Numbered from the stretch's first letter, positions 36,260-48,939 are shown. The stretch is 64,000 bases of DNA from Octopus sinensis (GCF_006345805.1 NW_021831284.1:248001-312000); one strand, 5' to 3'. Notes: a model not told the origin generated them from the letters alone. A program made the numbers and translations.

Positions 36260-39000
36260 CATATGGCTATAGAAAGTCAAAAAAAGGAGAGTTTGCTAGA
36301 ATCTCAATTTTAATTTCCGACAAAATAAAGATCCTGGAAAAGAAATTACGTACTCATGAATCCAGGAGTTATTTAGAAGGGATAATTATTGTCTCGAGTT
36401 GAATCGAAGAGCCTTTTATAGAAGAGTGAATGGGACTAACATAGCTAGTGAATATGGGTTTGGTAATGATGAATGTTTAAAGTTCTGGAATGGTATTTGG
36501 GATCAGAAACCACTTCCAGATACTCAAATTAGCATCACTAAACGGATTACTGGAGCTGAGATGTATCCAGCAGTATTTGATGAGGAATATATTTTGGAAA
36601 CTGTTAAACAATTGCCTAATTGGAGAGCCTGTGGGTGTGACGGAGTTTATAATTTTTTTATCAAGAAATTTGATGCATTGCATGAGCATTTGCATAAGGT
36701 GATTGTGGATGTTATTAATGGGAAATGTATTCCAGGGGATTGGTTTTATACTGGGATAACCTATCTTTTACCTAAAAAGGAATTTTGTGAGGCACCCAAA
36801 GATTTACGACCAATTACATGCATGCCGAACTTATACAAACTGATAACAAAATGTGTCAATAAGAAACTCAGTGATTTTGTTGACACATTCCAAATAATCT
36901 CAGATAACCAACTAGGAACGAGGAAAATGTGTCAGGGTGCTAAAGAACAAGCCCTAATAAATCAGTGTATTAACCAAGAATTTGACAACTCTTTATATTC
37001 AGCATGGATAGACGTCCAAAAAGCGTTTGATTCAGTAAGCCATGAATTCCTATTTAAAATTCTGGAGTGCTGTGGACTTCCTTGTTGGATTATTAGTTTT
37101 ATTCGTACTTTGGTTACAAAATGGCGAGTTAAACTGAATTTTAATAAGCATGAAATTAAAACAGTTAAAAAATCAAAAAGAATTTTTCAAGAGGACTCCT
37201 TGTCTCCACAGTCATTTGTTTTGGTGGTGGATTCTTTGAGTAGAATATTGACTGGAAAATACCCAACAGTGCATATTAGTCAGTCCAGTCCATCGATGAT
37301 TACCTATGCCACTAACCATTTGCTTTTAATGGATGATCTAAAAATATTTGCCCAGGAAGGCCACGATTATTAAGATGATGCATGACATTGAATTATTTTT
37401 TGAATCAGCAGGACTCAATAAAACATTGAAAAATGTTTATCAAAGGAAGCAAAATATTTGGATTGAACTGAATGCTATCAATACCTTGGAGTGTTGGAGG
37501 ATAAATGGAGTAACACTCTAAAACAGAAAATTTTAGAAAAGATTGCTGATGAAGGTAAAAAATTATGGGTTTGGAAAGCACAAAGTTGAATGCAGTGAAT
37601 ATCTTCAAAGCAATTAATGAATTCGCATTGTCACTTTACAATTATTATATTGGGCTAATCAACATTGAACCACATGAGTTTGAGGATATTGATTTTGTTC
37701 GGCGTATTCTTAATAAGACAAAACTTTACTTAAAGCCTGAAAATAAAGAGAGGCTATATTTAGCATAAGATAAACTTGGAAGAGGGCTCACTTCAATCGT
37801 GTTCAGAAGTGAATGCATGTTGTTCCAATTCCCTTATGATTTGGAAAGAAAATCTAATGTGTGTCTGAGAAAAGCTGGAATTCTGCGGGCTGTCAATTCA
37901 AAGAAAACACTTATGGCCACGATCGCGGGATTCCTAACCCAGAAGTATAACTTGGATGATAATTCCTCTGACATGGATGTACGGAAACTTAAAAATGCTC
38001 AAATTGAATGGTTATTGACGAAAATTAACAGTAAATCTCTTCATTCTATGTTATTCAAATGTTTAAAAGACTTGAATGTTGATATTGCATCATCGTCGGG
38101 CTGGCTTGCAAAAGGGAATAATAGTCCAAGAGCCGAAGCATTGTATTGCCTTTTACAGGACCGAAACTTGTTCTTTGAGGAAAAAGGATCAAATTGCAGT
38201 CATTGTAAATCTGCCAAAAAAACAGTCGATCATTTGGCAACGAGATGCAATAGAATGTTAAATAGTGATTATATACGCCGTCACAATGAGGTGGTGAGAT
38301 GTCTTCATTTAAACCTGTGTCGTAAATATGGAATCACATATTCAAAGAAACTGAAGACTCACTCAGTCCAATCAATAGTAACAACTGAGAATGTTGAGAT
38401 CAGAGTCGATACGACGCTGATGACAGACATCAAAGTACAACATAACAAGCCGGACATATTTGTTTTCGATAAAAGGACAAGGGAGATTACTTTAGTAGAG
38501 GTCGGAATCACTTCTCAGGAGATGCTGAAGGTGGTTGAGGTTGAAAAACTTCATAAATACGACCTCCTCGCTGGAGAGTTGTCCCAAATATACAAAGCGA
38601 AAGTTAAAATTGTCCCTATTGTTATGACTTGGGAGGGAATCGTGACTAAATTCTACAAATCATATATAGATTTTTTGGGTGTGGATACTATTCCGAGGGC
38701 ATATATTCAATCTATTGTACTAAAAAAAACTCTTGAAAGCATGTTAGTGGAGCACCGAAATGGGATGAACTTTCAAGAGAGTGATGTTAGTGAAGTCATT
38801 CATTTTCTACAACGAAAATCTCTACAACAATTTGAGGACGACGAAATCGTGCCCATGGAACAACAATCCTGGAGTGAGGATCAGATTGGTGATGGTCGAC
38901 AAGAGATTGCAGTTATAGAGCTAAGGAATGGCTCAAAAAGAAAAATAATGAATTAATACGTCAAATCAATTTTAAATAGATCCGAATTAACATTTAGTAT
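36260..39000 (+). mobile_element. R4/Dong-like RT-RLE retrotransposon, long copy with several frameshifts
   Basis: LNRRAFYR, LPNWRACGCDGVYNF, LRPITC, WIDVQKAFDSV, SLSP, LMDDLKI, CSHC..HLATRC, RRHNEV, KPDIF, VEVGI, EKLHKY. Confidence 0.92.
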
Positions 39001-39049
39001 TAAGTTAATTAGAGTACAATTTAATATTTCTGATCTATCTAATTCTTTT

Positions 39050-40800
39050 CTATCCATCTAATCTTTCTCTGTCTATTTCTTTATCTTATCCACTTCTCTG
39101 TTCATATTTTTATGTCCTTTTGTTTTTCCTGTAAATCTGTTAACTCTCGTAAATCGGGTCGTTTCTGCGTTTCCTGCAGCCAGTTTTTTCACCCTTCGTG
39201 TGTTAAACTCACTAAGCGTAACTCGGCCGCAATATTCTCTTGGAAATGGTTTTCATGCCTTTCACACACGATGATCACTAAGGCTATATCATCTGAAAAA
39301 TCCTCAACTGACCGGCCTTGTTATGAGGCGCAGATCAGCCAGGATTCAAGTGGCCAAATCTTTGGTTCTGGCAATCGAGCGATCTCTGGCCTCAAACTCG
39401 CCAGATGGTTGGTACAAGCTCTTCTCTTTTGCCTCCGTTTGTCTCGGTGGCGACCGCACGTCTCTTTCGCAGAATATTAAATCAAATTGTGAAATATTCG
39501 CTAAATTCGATATCAGTGCAATTTCTCCTCAGTCCGTAAAAAGGCACCGTCGTCCAAACGTATCCATTCAAGACATTACCAAAATGGTTCGAGGCAAGCT
39601 CATGCAAGGCGATGTGCCCAGTGCTGTCCATGTTATCTGCTCTAGTTCATCTATTGCCCCTCCTTAGGACAAGGTTCTCAGTCAACTGCGTTCAAACATT
39701 CTGCGGCACCGGACGATCTATCCGAAATTCCTGAGTTGGTCACTGGTTCCGTTTGTAACGCATATTCCGTCACTTCAGCAGAAGTATCTGCTGCTCTCAG
39801 TTCTTTCCCCCTCAGTAGCAGTGGTTGTATTGATGGTATGAAACCCATCATTTGCCTATGCACGCCTAATGTTGGCCATAATTTGCCTATGCACAAGAAT
39901 TATCTCTGGTGAGATCCCTCCTTTTGCAAGGGATTTACTTTTCTCCGCAAATCTGACGGCTCTAAACAAATGTGATGGTGGAATACGACCGATTGCTGTT
40001 AAAAATGTCTTTAGACGCCTGGCGGCTAAAATTATTTGCCGTTCGGTAGTCTCTGAAGCAAGTGAATTTTTAATGCGATCCAACTGGGCGTAGGTATGAA
40101 AGGTGCTTGTGAAACAGCCGCCCATGGTATACGGTAGCTGGCTTCTTCGGAAAATAATGGAGTCCATTTCCTCCTTAAACTGGATGTCAAAAATGCATTC
40201 AATTCTATCCGTCGAGATCATATTTTAGAATCTGTCCGTAATCGTTTTTTTTCATTATATCCTATCGTACATCTATCATATGCCTCCCCAAGTTGTCTCC
40301 TGTTTGCTAACACCGTTATTATGTCTGATTCGGGGATTCAACAGGGTGACCCATTGGGGCCTCTTCTGTTCTTTCTAGGAGTACATCATATTGCGTCCCA
40401 ATTATCTTCTAAAGTCAATCTTTGGTATCTTGATGACGTCACACTTGTGAAGATTTAGATGAGATATAAATCCTCATTTCGCGTATCTGTAAACTTGAAT
40501 CACACCTGGGGCTTTTTCTACTCAAGAACTATCTCTTTATTCCGAAACTTACTTTTCTCATGAGCTCTACGCCCTGCTTCCCAGAACAAGAATACTTATC
40601 TCGCCTCGATAATCTGGTTTCCAAAGCCTTGGGCTACTGGTAAACATAAAATTCAAATCTGATTGGCCATCCGTTATGGGGGCATCGGTATTCGCTCTTG
40701 CCGTAATTTATCCATTCCGTGTTACCTATCATCGTTGTCCGCTTCCACTAATTTCGTCAACTCTGTTCTTTTTCCCTCTTCTGTAAAGTACGAGTTGTTA
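39050..40800 (+). mobile_element. degraded CRE-clade element, second subfamily (PHD + partial RT)
   Basis: CFSC..FCVSC..FHPSC PHD; GGIRPIAV, LKLDVKNAFN, GIQQGDPLGPLLF, WYLDD. Confidence 0.88.
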
Positions 40801-40809
40801 GAATATGAT

Positions 40810-41235
40810 AGGAGATACAACCCCATACCATAATTCTTCCACCACCAAACTTCAAAGTTGGCGTTGAATGGGCATAATTTTAGGCTTTATTTTTTTTCTA
40901 AAGAAAAATTTTCTTTTTTAGATGAAAAAATTTCAAAGGAAGCCTCGTCACTCTATATAACAGTTCTTTACGTTTCATTGCTCATTGCAGAAAAGATTAT
41001 TGAAAGCTTGTATCGTTTTTCACTATTTTTTTGATAAAAAAGGTTTTCTTTTACACACATGCTTTGTAATGATTTTCATGTAGATAATTGCTTATTGTTT
41101 TTTTGCAGACAACTTTTCCTGTAAAATCGAAAACTTCTTCTTTCAGGTTGGCCAGTGTTTTTTTTTGGATTTTCTTTCACAATGTTGACAAGTTTACAAA
41201 TATCTGAGTTAGAGAGCTTTTTGGGGTGAGAATAA
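40810..41235 (-). mobile_element. Tc1 transposase fragment
   Basis: KLSNSDICKLVNIVKENP, YSDEASF, KFGGGRIMVWGCISY (frameshifted). Confidence 0.75.
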
Positions 41236-41239
41236 CTTT

Positions 41240-41638
41240 TTAACGTTTCTTCAAACGTTTTCTGGTTAAATCTGATTCTTTAAACAATCTATTGATTTTT
41301 GATCTGCTTATGGATATACTGTTGTTTTGATTTGTAAAAAGCTTTTCTCTAACACCTAATTGTGTCAAAGAATTATCCTCATTAATAATATTTGTAATTT
41401 TTTCAATTATTTCACGGTTATCTTTTTTCTTAGGGCCTTTAGACCATACATAAGCATAGAAATCAACATTTTCATTTTCATCCGAAAATTTACAAATTTT
41501 GTAAATTGCAGAAGGTGATATATCAACTATTTTGGAAATTTCTTTAACAGGAATATTGTTTCTTAATCTTAGAAATTGATTAAATAAATTAAATGTGAGT
41601 GTCTTTCGTATTTTTCGGTTGCAAACATTGTCTTCCAT
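41240..41638 (-). mobile_element. IS630-like transposase N-terminal HTH fragment
   Basis: KEISKIVDISPSAIYK..IINEDNSLTQLGVREKL..SRSKINR..LTRKRLK. Confidence 0.65.
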
Positions 41639-41804
41639 ATGTTATTTATCCTTACTTTACGCACTTTGTAATTTTTATTTATAATATTGGGATCGTTATT
41701 TATCTTTTTGGGATTTGTATTTATAATATTAGGATCATTCTTTATAATAATAGGATTATTATTTATCTTTCTAGATAATGTTGTAATTATACATACTGAA
41801 TCAG

Positions 41805-42622
41805 TATCAAGTCTCTTTAGCTATAGTCAGAGGTAACGTAGACTATACATTCTTTGCTCTGTTTAATGGTGAATTCAAGTCATAATTTTAATTTATTGAT
41901 ACTTCCGGGAATGATTTATTAGTTAAGATGTAAATTAATATAATTAGTAATAAAGTAATTGAGCCATAACCGAGATAGCTACAATTGAGTAAGCCAAATT
42001 TGATGGTTCAGTGACTAAAATTTATAAATCAAGTCTTAACTTGAATTTTGAAATTTGGAAGATGCAATCATTCCCCCGTCTTCTTCGAATAAATTATGAA
42101 CAATTTTTCCTAAAAATTAAGTTATAAATCAAATCTCAACTTGCAGTTGAACTTGTATTTATTAGGTTCTTAGTTGTATTCTAAATGGTAGAAATTAATA
42201 TGAAATAAATACCGTCGGATCATTGACAAAATCATGAACAATTTTTTCTATGAATTAAGTTATAAATAAAATCTCAACTTGCAGTTGAACCTGTAGTTGT
42301 AATCTAAATGGTAGAAATTAATATGAAATAAATACCGTCGGATCATTGACAAAATCGTGAACAATTTTTTCTATGAATTAAGTTATAAATCAAATCTCAA
42401 CTTGCAGTTGAACCTGTAGTTGTAATCTAAATGGTAGAAATTAATATGAAATAAATACCGTCGGATCATTGACGGAATCGAAATTGAGATCATCCATGAG
42501 GTAACCAAACATGTTTCCTAAGAATTAATATTAACCATCAAAAACCTTCGATAGAGATTAAACAGGCTAAAATGGGAAACAAAAACATTTTGATTTAACT
42601 GTGCGAAATCGAATATTTATAA
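41805..42622 (+). mobile_element. second DINE-1/Helentron-like copy with a ~123-bp array (42095-42480)
   Basis: Colinear with 30903-31700, same tatagtc/gactata hairpin; truncated by the hAT end. Confidence 0.75.
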
Positions 42623-42700
42623 CAGGGGTGCGCAAGTGCGGCCGTGAGTCGATGAATGTGCGGCCGTGGGCACAATTAGGTCATCGAGCAACTAATCTTA
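42623..42700 (+). mobile_element. hAT-type MITE left end
   Basis: caggggtgcgcaagtgcggcc.. (CAGGGG terminus, repeated gcggcc motif). Confidence 0.5.
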
Positions 42701-42937
42701 AATATAATGCTCATAAAAACCCTAAATAATAATTAAAAATATTCATATTAAATAAAATTATATTTTTATATAATGGTTAACCTTTATTAAAAGTAATTAT
42801 CATAAACGGCTTAATTTATTTGCATTATAGGATTATTATTTATTTTTCTAGATAATGTTGTAATTATACATACTGAATCAGTATCAAGTCTCTTTAGCTA
42901 TAGTCAGAGGTAACGTAGACTATACATTCTTTGCTCT

Positions 42938-43367
42938 GCCCCCTTGGCTGAAGACTAAGCTATGGATAATGGATATGGACGGTCGTGAGTTCGATTCCGA
43001 AGGAGGCCAGTTTTCATCCTGGGGCAAATTCTCGTTATCGTTCCCCTGCCCGTGAGGCAACGAGTACTTCTGGCACGACACAGTTGGAAATGGGGATCTC
43101 TTACCTTCCGGGCTTAGCGTGGCGTTACGGGGTCCACCATGTCAGTGGAAATTCCTCCGGATATAGCAACGCTCAGGAGGCACTTAATGCCTACCGAAAA
43201 AGGACTCTTAGCTTCTCAGACCCTGGGACATCGTCGTCTCAGGCCGATCTTGCGGGAAGGATTGAACCTTTCAGAAGGATCTCCCTCGTTTGGATCGGCG
43301 ATCACGGGAATAACTATAATTAACTGGCTTTGCCCGTGTTTGGTCTTTAAATAAAATAAAAAAAAAA
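42938..43367 (+). mobile_element. tRNA-derived SINE-like element (~430 bp)
   Basis: Head 42938-43009 with acceptor stem gccccct/aggaggc, A-box-like tggctgaa and B-box gttcgattc; GC-rich body; A-rich tail. Confidence 0.65.
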
Positions 43368-43412
43368 TTATGTAGCGCTGTTGTCTTTATTTGGTTTACC
43401 TTTATTTATATA

Positions 43413-45085
43413 CAGTCCGACCTCTAATTGGGGCGCACCTCCAGGGGTGGGGCACCTTTTTTTTGGGGAAAACTCTGTTTTGGGGCATTATAAATTTTTT
43501 TAACCAAATTATAAAAAATCAATTAATTTTAACATCTCTATTTGTGGCATTGATTTTTTATTAAATAAAATTAATTATACCAATTTAAAAAATAAATATT
43601 TTAAGACACGTTTCATTTCAAATTTATTGTGTAATGCCTTTGAATTATGAAACCAAGTTGAAGATTGCTGATCATCTTTTAAAGAAAGAACATTCTGAGA
43701 GGAGATTATCCATAATGTACAATACTAGCAAGGGAACTATTTTTCGTATAAAAAAGAATATTCTTCCATTTATCAAAAAAGGATTTCTTTCCTCATCATT
43801 AAGTGAAAATAAAAACGGATTTGATGAAAAAGTCCTTGATATTTTTCAGCGTCTAAGGGATCAGAATGTTCCAGTTTCTGGAACTCTTTTAAAAAAAATT
43901 TCCCTAACTGTTTCTTCGAGAATGGGCTTAAACAAGTTTAAAGCTTCAAATGGATGGTTAGAAAAATTCAAGCAGAGGCATGAATTAAAATTCCGAACAT
44001 TGTCAGGCGAATCCGCATCTGCTGATCATGCGATAATTTTGAATTTTTTATCAGAATTAAATATTAAAGTTGAACAATATGGAAAGGAGAACATTTTTAA
44101 TTGTGACGAAACTTCTCTTTTTATCAAACTTACCCCACGTAAATCATTCGTGAAAACTGGTGATTCGGCACGGGGCTTTAAAAGGAGTAAAGATAAAGTT
44201 ACTCTTCATCTATGCTGTAGTTACACTGGAGAAAAATTTGAAAATATAGAAATCCTAGATGTTTCAAAAAATTTTCTCCCGAAATTTATGGAATTTTATA
44301 CTCTTCGTCCAAAAATGCGTGGATGACAAGAGACATTTTTATATCCTGGCTCAAAAAAATTAATGAAAAAATGATTATCCAAAAAAGAAAAATCTTAATG
44401 TTATTAGATAACGCTGCTTGCCACAAAATATCGACATTTAGCAACGTTGATTTTTTATTTTTACCAAAAAATACGACACCAATACTTCAACCATTGGATG
44501 CTGGAATTATTAAAAATTTCAAGGATAATTATTTGAATTGTCTAATTGATTTTTTATGTTTTCAAGACGACCAGGATTTGTTTATAGAGTCTTTATCCAA
44601 ATTAAATTTGCGGCAAGTGGTAACAATAATCTCAGATGCTTGGAATAATGTATCTGCGGATATTATTTATAACTGCTGGCAAAAGGTTTTTCGACAATCT
44701 CCATCAGACTCGAGTTGCATAAATGAATCATCTGAATAAATATTTAATAATGTTATTGATGAATGTTTTGATGAAATAGAAGATAATGATCCAAATATCT
44801 ATGAGAATATAAGCTGCGAACCATCAATATCACAAATTTTAAGTTTGATGGAAAACTTAGAGACAAACATCTTTGATTTGATTCCAGATTCTCTTCATGA
44901 TTTTTATGAATTCAGAAAGAAAGTGTCGTTAGGAATTAAAAATAAATATAAATATGGAGAAAAATTAACTGATTATTTTAAAAAATAATGTTCTTTTTCT
45001 TTATTTATTGAGCTTTTTGAAAAACCTCTTTTTTGGGGAAACCTCTGATTTGAGGCACTTAGTGCCCCATTTAGAGGTCGGACTG
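43413..45085 (+). mobile_element. Tigger/pogo transposon with both TIRs, internally deleted transposase
   Basis: TA|cagtccgacctctaattggggc ... gccccatttagaggtcggactg|TA; FKASNGWLEKFKQRH, FNCDET, LDNAACH, LQPLDAGII. Confidence 0.95.
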
Positions 45086-45533
45086 TATTTAATTGGATTC
45101 AAAGGAATATTTCGGTATGTAGTTTCTTTTAATGGTTAAATTATTTGAAATTTCATCATTTTTGTGATATTTTCCGATTTTATTTCGTTAATCGTTTTTT
45201 TACTTATTTTGAATTTTTTAAAACACAATTATTTTCTTTTTCATTTCACCAACAAGCACTTTGTTCACAAATGAAAAAAATTTGAAGATACACTTAATGA
45301 AGTAAAACAAATTATTATATATATCCGAAACAATGCATTGAGACATAGACAGTTTTGTACAATTCTTTCCGGTAGTGAAATATCTGCTGAAGACATTTTA
45401 CACCATGACAAGTTCGATGGCTATCACAAGGTGAAACAGCATGTCGTGTGCTTGATTTACGAAAAGAAATATCAAACTTTTACTCATTACACCAAATACA
45501 TTTAATACTATATTCGATTATATTTTGAAACTT

Positions 45534-45922
45534 TCCCTTCAACAGGGGGAAGCCTCTCACCTGGGATGCCACGTGTGTGGACTCTTTCTCGCCTCCTTTC
45601 TCGCCTCAGAACCTGCTGATGTCCGCATCCGCTTCTGGATCCATTGTCACAACCGCGGAATGCAAAAAGATGCGGAAGTACTCCTCCCTTACGGAGAAGT
45701 TCCAATTCCTTCCATTCGCGGTTGAGACTTCCGGTTCCTTGGGCAGTAAGGCAATCAGCTTCGTTCAGGAGATCGGGTCCCGCATGTCTGCCATCACAGG
45801 CGACGCCCGCGAATCGAGATGGTTTTTCGAGCGGGTATCCCTTGCGATAGTACGCTCTAACTCTTTCTCGATCGCGTCGGCTTCCCGCCCATGAAGCTTT
45901 TATTAATTAACTTGTAGTTATT
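45534..45922 (+). mobile_element. 5'-truncated young copy of the 18998-22140 CRE family
   Basis: Near-identical to ~21730-22110, with a small internal duplication near 45590. Confidence 0.95.
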
Positions 45923-46028
45923 ATCAAATAGTACAAAAAAAAATTTGAAGAGCGATTTAACGAATTTAAAAAAATTGAACTCAAACTTCAATTAACTGCA
46001 GCACCACATACTGTTTCGATTGAGAATG

Positions 46029-46127
46029 GTTAGGTGTTAGGTTAGGGGTTAGGTTAGGTGCTAGGTTAGGGGTTAGGTTACGTGTTAGGTTAGGGGTTAG
46101 GTTAGGTGTTAGGTTAGGGGTTAGGGT
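46029..46127 (+). repeat. interstitial TTAGG-variant repeat with a 24-bp higher-order unit
   Basis: (ttaggtg ttagg ttagggg ttagg) about 4 times. Confidence 0.9.
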
Positions 46128-46712
46128 TTGTTTTTTTAGTGTCATTTTTATGATGAATCTGTTTATAAATAACGTTGAAATCATTTAGAGTTAGAGTTGT
46201 TACAAACTTGCCAAAAAATTTGATGTAAATTATAATTTGCTAATGTTGCAATTTATAATATCAAAAATAAAAATAATTCACATTGTAAATAATTTTACTA
46301 TTTTAAAGCAAACATGGTTCAAATATAAAACATCATTTTTTCAAAAATTTAAAGTTCAATCATTAGTTCGGAACGTTTGCCTTTATTTTAATTGGCCTTT
46401 TGAATCGGTATTTTCCAGCGGTTCTCGATCGCCGTTCTCAGGGGGAACAATTTGGCAATCCGTCAGACCGCTGGCCCTTTTATCGATTATAATTAAAATT
46501 ATTTCTGAAAATCAAAGAAAAACTTCTGCTAATTCTAAAAAAAATTAAAACTTAAAAGAGCCACCAAAGGCTGGCAATCCAGCTTTTGCCGACCTAGGGT
46601 TTAAAAGATGGTTTCGAAGTGACTATTAAGTTAGAAAAAGTATACCCCTAACCTTAATTAAGTACATAGGAGAGTGGCTGATCATAATAGAATTTGTAGA
46701 TAGACGATAGAC

Positions 46713-46793
46713 GCCAGCATGGCCGAGCGGTTAAGGCGGTAGCTTAAGGTGCTATTACAGTAATGTGCGTGGGTTCGAATCCCACTGCTGGTA
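46713..46793 (+). tRNA. trnL-AAG: tRNA-Leu(AAG)
   Basis: Acceptor gccagca/tgctggt, D arm tggccgagcggttaaggc, anticodon stem gtagc/gctat with loop ttAAGgt, long variable arm, T loop gttcgaatc. Confidence 0.95.
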
Positions 46794-46799
46794 TTTTTT
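46794..46799 (+). terminator. RNA polymerase III T6 terminator
   Basis: tttttt immediately after the tRNA discriminator base. Confidence 0.8.
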
Positions 46800-46934
46800 G
46801 TTTTTTAAAAAGGTTTTCAACATCAGAAGGCAAAACACGATTTCGAATCTTGATTTTGATATTTTTTTTTCATGTTGATAATTTATTTAAAGAAAAAAGA
46901 TAGATACTAACTAGGGTAGGTGGCTGAAAGAGTC

Positions 46935-47130
46935 GTCAAGAACCAAAGGGTCAGCTCAACGACATCGCACTGTGTATTGAATGGCAGTTTCAGCTGGGTA
47001 CGGCGACCGAGATTCGCTGAAAGAGCTAGCTTGTCTCCCTCTGGCAGTTTATTTTCGAGGAAATTTTTCTACCAATGTCAGTAAGGAATTGAGTCGCGGC
47101 CTTGCTGGCGATTCCTAATGTTTGATATAT
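46935..47130 (-). mobile_element. CRE-clade C-terminal remnant
   Basis: LGIASKAATQFLTDIGRKISSKINCQRETS*LFQRISVAV. Confidence 0.75.
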
Positions 47131-48126
47131 AAGCTAGTAAATAAGCTCTTCCAGACATATTCATCTTCGAATTAGTGTCTGTCGAAACCTCAGGCGCACT
47201 AGGACCATCAAGACTTCGTTTCCTCGTCTTTGATATTAAATAATGTTGGTTGTACATTTTATTAATATTTAATTAGCAAAAAAACAATAGCGATAATTCA
47301 ACGACTACGAATGGGAATCCTTCAAATCTTGTTATTCGGATAATTTAATGAATTATACGTTTAATTTCGAGGATGATAGTCAACTCTTTCTAAATGTAAA
47401 AAACATTTAACTTCAGGGAGTGATTGAAATCGTTGGCTATACTGCGACCTTTCCTTAATAAAGTGTTTTAATCGTGTGTTAGATAGGTATATCAATGACT
47501 ATACACGTAACTCAATGGACCAACAAAAGTCTATGCTATGTTCTATCAAATACTGAGTATGAAAAATTATGAAAATTCCAATTGGAGTATTAATATGGAG
47601 AGAAAAATTTAGCATTCTTACTGAAGAACAAGGCTAAGTCGCATCAAAAAGTTCTTTGCACAATCGCTTACGGCCAAGAACTGAGTATTTAGTATTTTCT
47701 CCAAGATAATAAGGCATGTTTATGCCTGCCTTTGCTGAATGTATTTAAAGTACATATTTCCTTCATGTAAGCTCTGACAATTTCGGAGCTGCATAACTCC
47801 AAGATTAAGTTTTTATACTTCGGTAATGTTATTCGTGCTTTAGACGCAGATTTGTATCTCAATAAGAAGTTGAAGATCTTAATCGTACCATTGAGTAAAT
47901 CAGCCGGTTTGGATTGTTTATTGTTAACGAGTAAATTAACGCGTGTTCAGAAACTGTCATGAGAGTTGGAAAAATGGCTTAAATTGTGTTAGTTTAATCA
48001 AAAATTTAACACATTTGTTTCTAAAAATAGCTTTCAACGACAAGATAAAATCTCCATTTTTAGCAATTATACAAATCGTTATTTATTAATTATGAATCAA
48101 CGGAAATTGATTAAAACACAATTCAA

Positions 48127-48895
48127 ATGAATGTTATACGTCCCCTTTTTACTTGGTTGAACGTAATACTTCTTTTTGTATAAAAATATGATTAATTTTT
48201 ATTTTTATAGTTAATTACAGAAATTTTTGTCTATGCTGGAGCCATGGTTCTCCGGAACTATCTCAATCTGGGAAATCCGTCGATAAAAACTATTCAATAT
48301 TCAGGGATTTTTTATATAATTATTGCTGTAATGATTTTTATTGGATTAATATGTGGAATTTTATCACTGAAAACAAAAAAGCGTCTTTTTTGCAGAATAA
48401 TTGTAGACTAATTTTTTTAATAAAATACTATAGTATGTTATCATTCTTTTTTTCGTTTGTGGATTCGTCTTAACTATCCTGTCCTTATTTTATTTTCACA
48501 CATCTACCGTATGTGTTAATAGTTATTTCTAGTGTGTTGAAAAATTTAAAAGTGGGTTTTTATGGGTCATTAAAAACTATGAAGAAACCAGCCCAGAAGT
48601 CGACTTTTGGCAAAAAACCTTCCAATGCTGCGGTGCTTATTCTCCTGACGATTATAATGGAAATATTACATCAAGTTGTTATATTTCTGAAAATCTTTTT
48701 AAAATTAACATTTATGAAACTGTTTTCTAATTCTTAATTTATTTTAGGGATGTGTGCATAAAATAATATCATTAATCGAAGAAAACAAAATTCCATTAAC
48801 AGCAGTCAGTGGGAGTGTTTGTTTAGTCACGGTTTATATTTCATTATTAATATTTATAGTTTCTTGGAATATGTTTTTCGTTTGTAAAATTTTAA
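48127..48895 (+). CDS. tetraspanin, multi-exon
   Basis: MNVIRPLFTWLNVILLF|LITEIFVYAG, four hydrophobic segments, DFWQKTFQCCG, TSSC, |GC, |FLGICFSFVKF*. Confidence 0.85.
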
Positions 48896-48939
48896 ATCTT
48901 ATAGTTAAATTTAACTGATTTTGGATTAAATATCCGGAC

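Noticed and set aside
42938-43009. Functional tRNA gene
   Set aside because: The T stem and anticodon arm do not pair, and it is followed by a long body and A-tail rather than a T-run terminator.
42985-43354. ORFs 42985-43323 and 43139-43354 as protein genes
   Set aside because: They lie within the GC-rich SINE-like body and have no recognisable domain.
46920-47230. GC-richer segment after the tRNA that looked like a structured ncRNA (RNase P/MRP, SRP or a ribozyme)
   Set aside because: The minus strand translates to the CRE C-terminus (LGIASKAATQFLTDIGRKIS..LFQRISVAV), and no complete ncRNA consensus is present.
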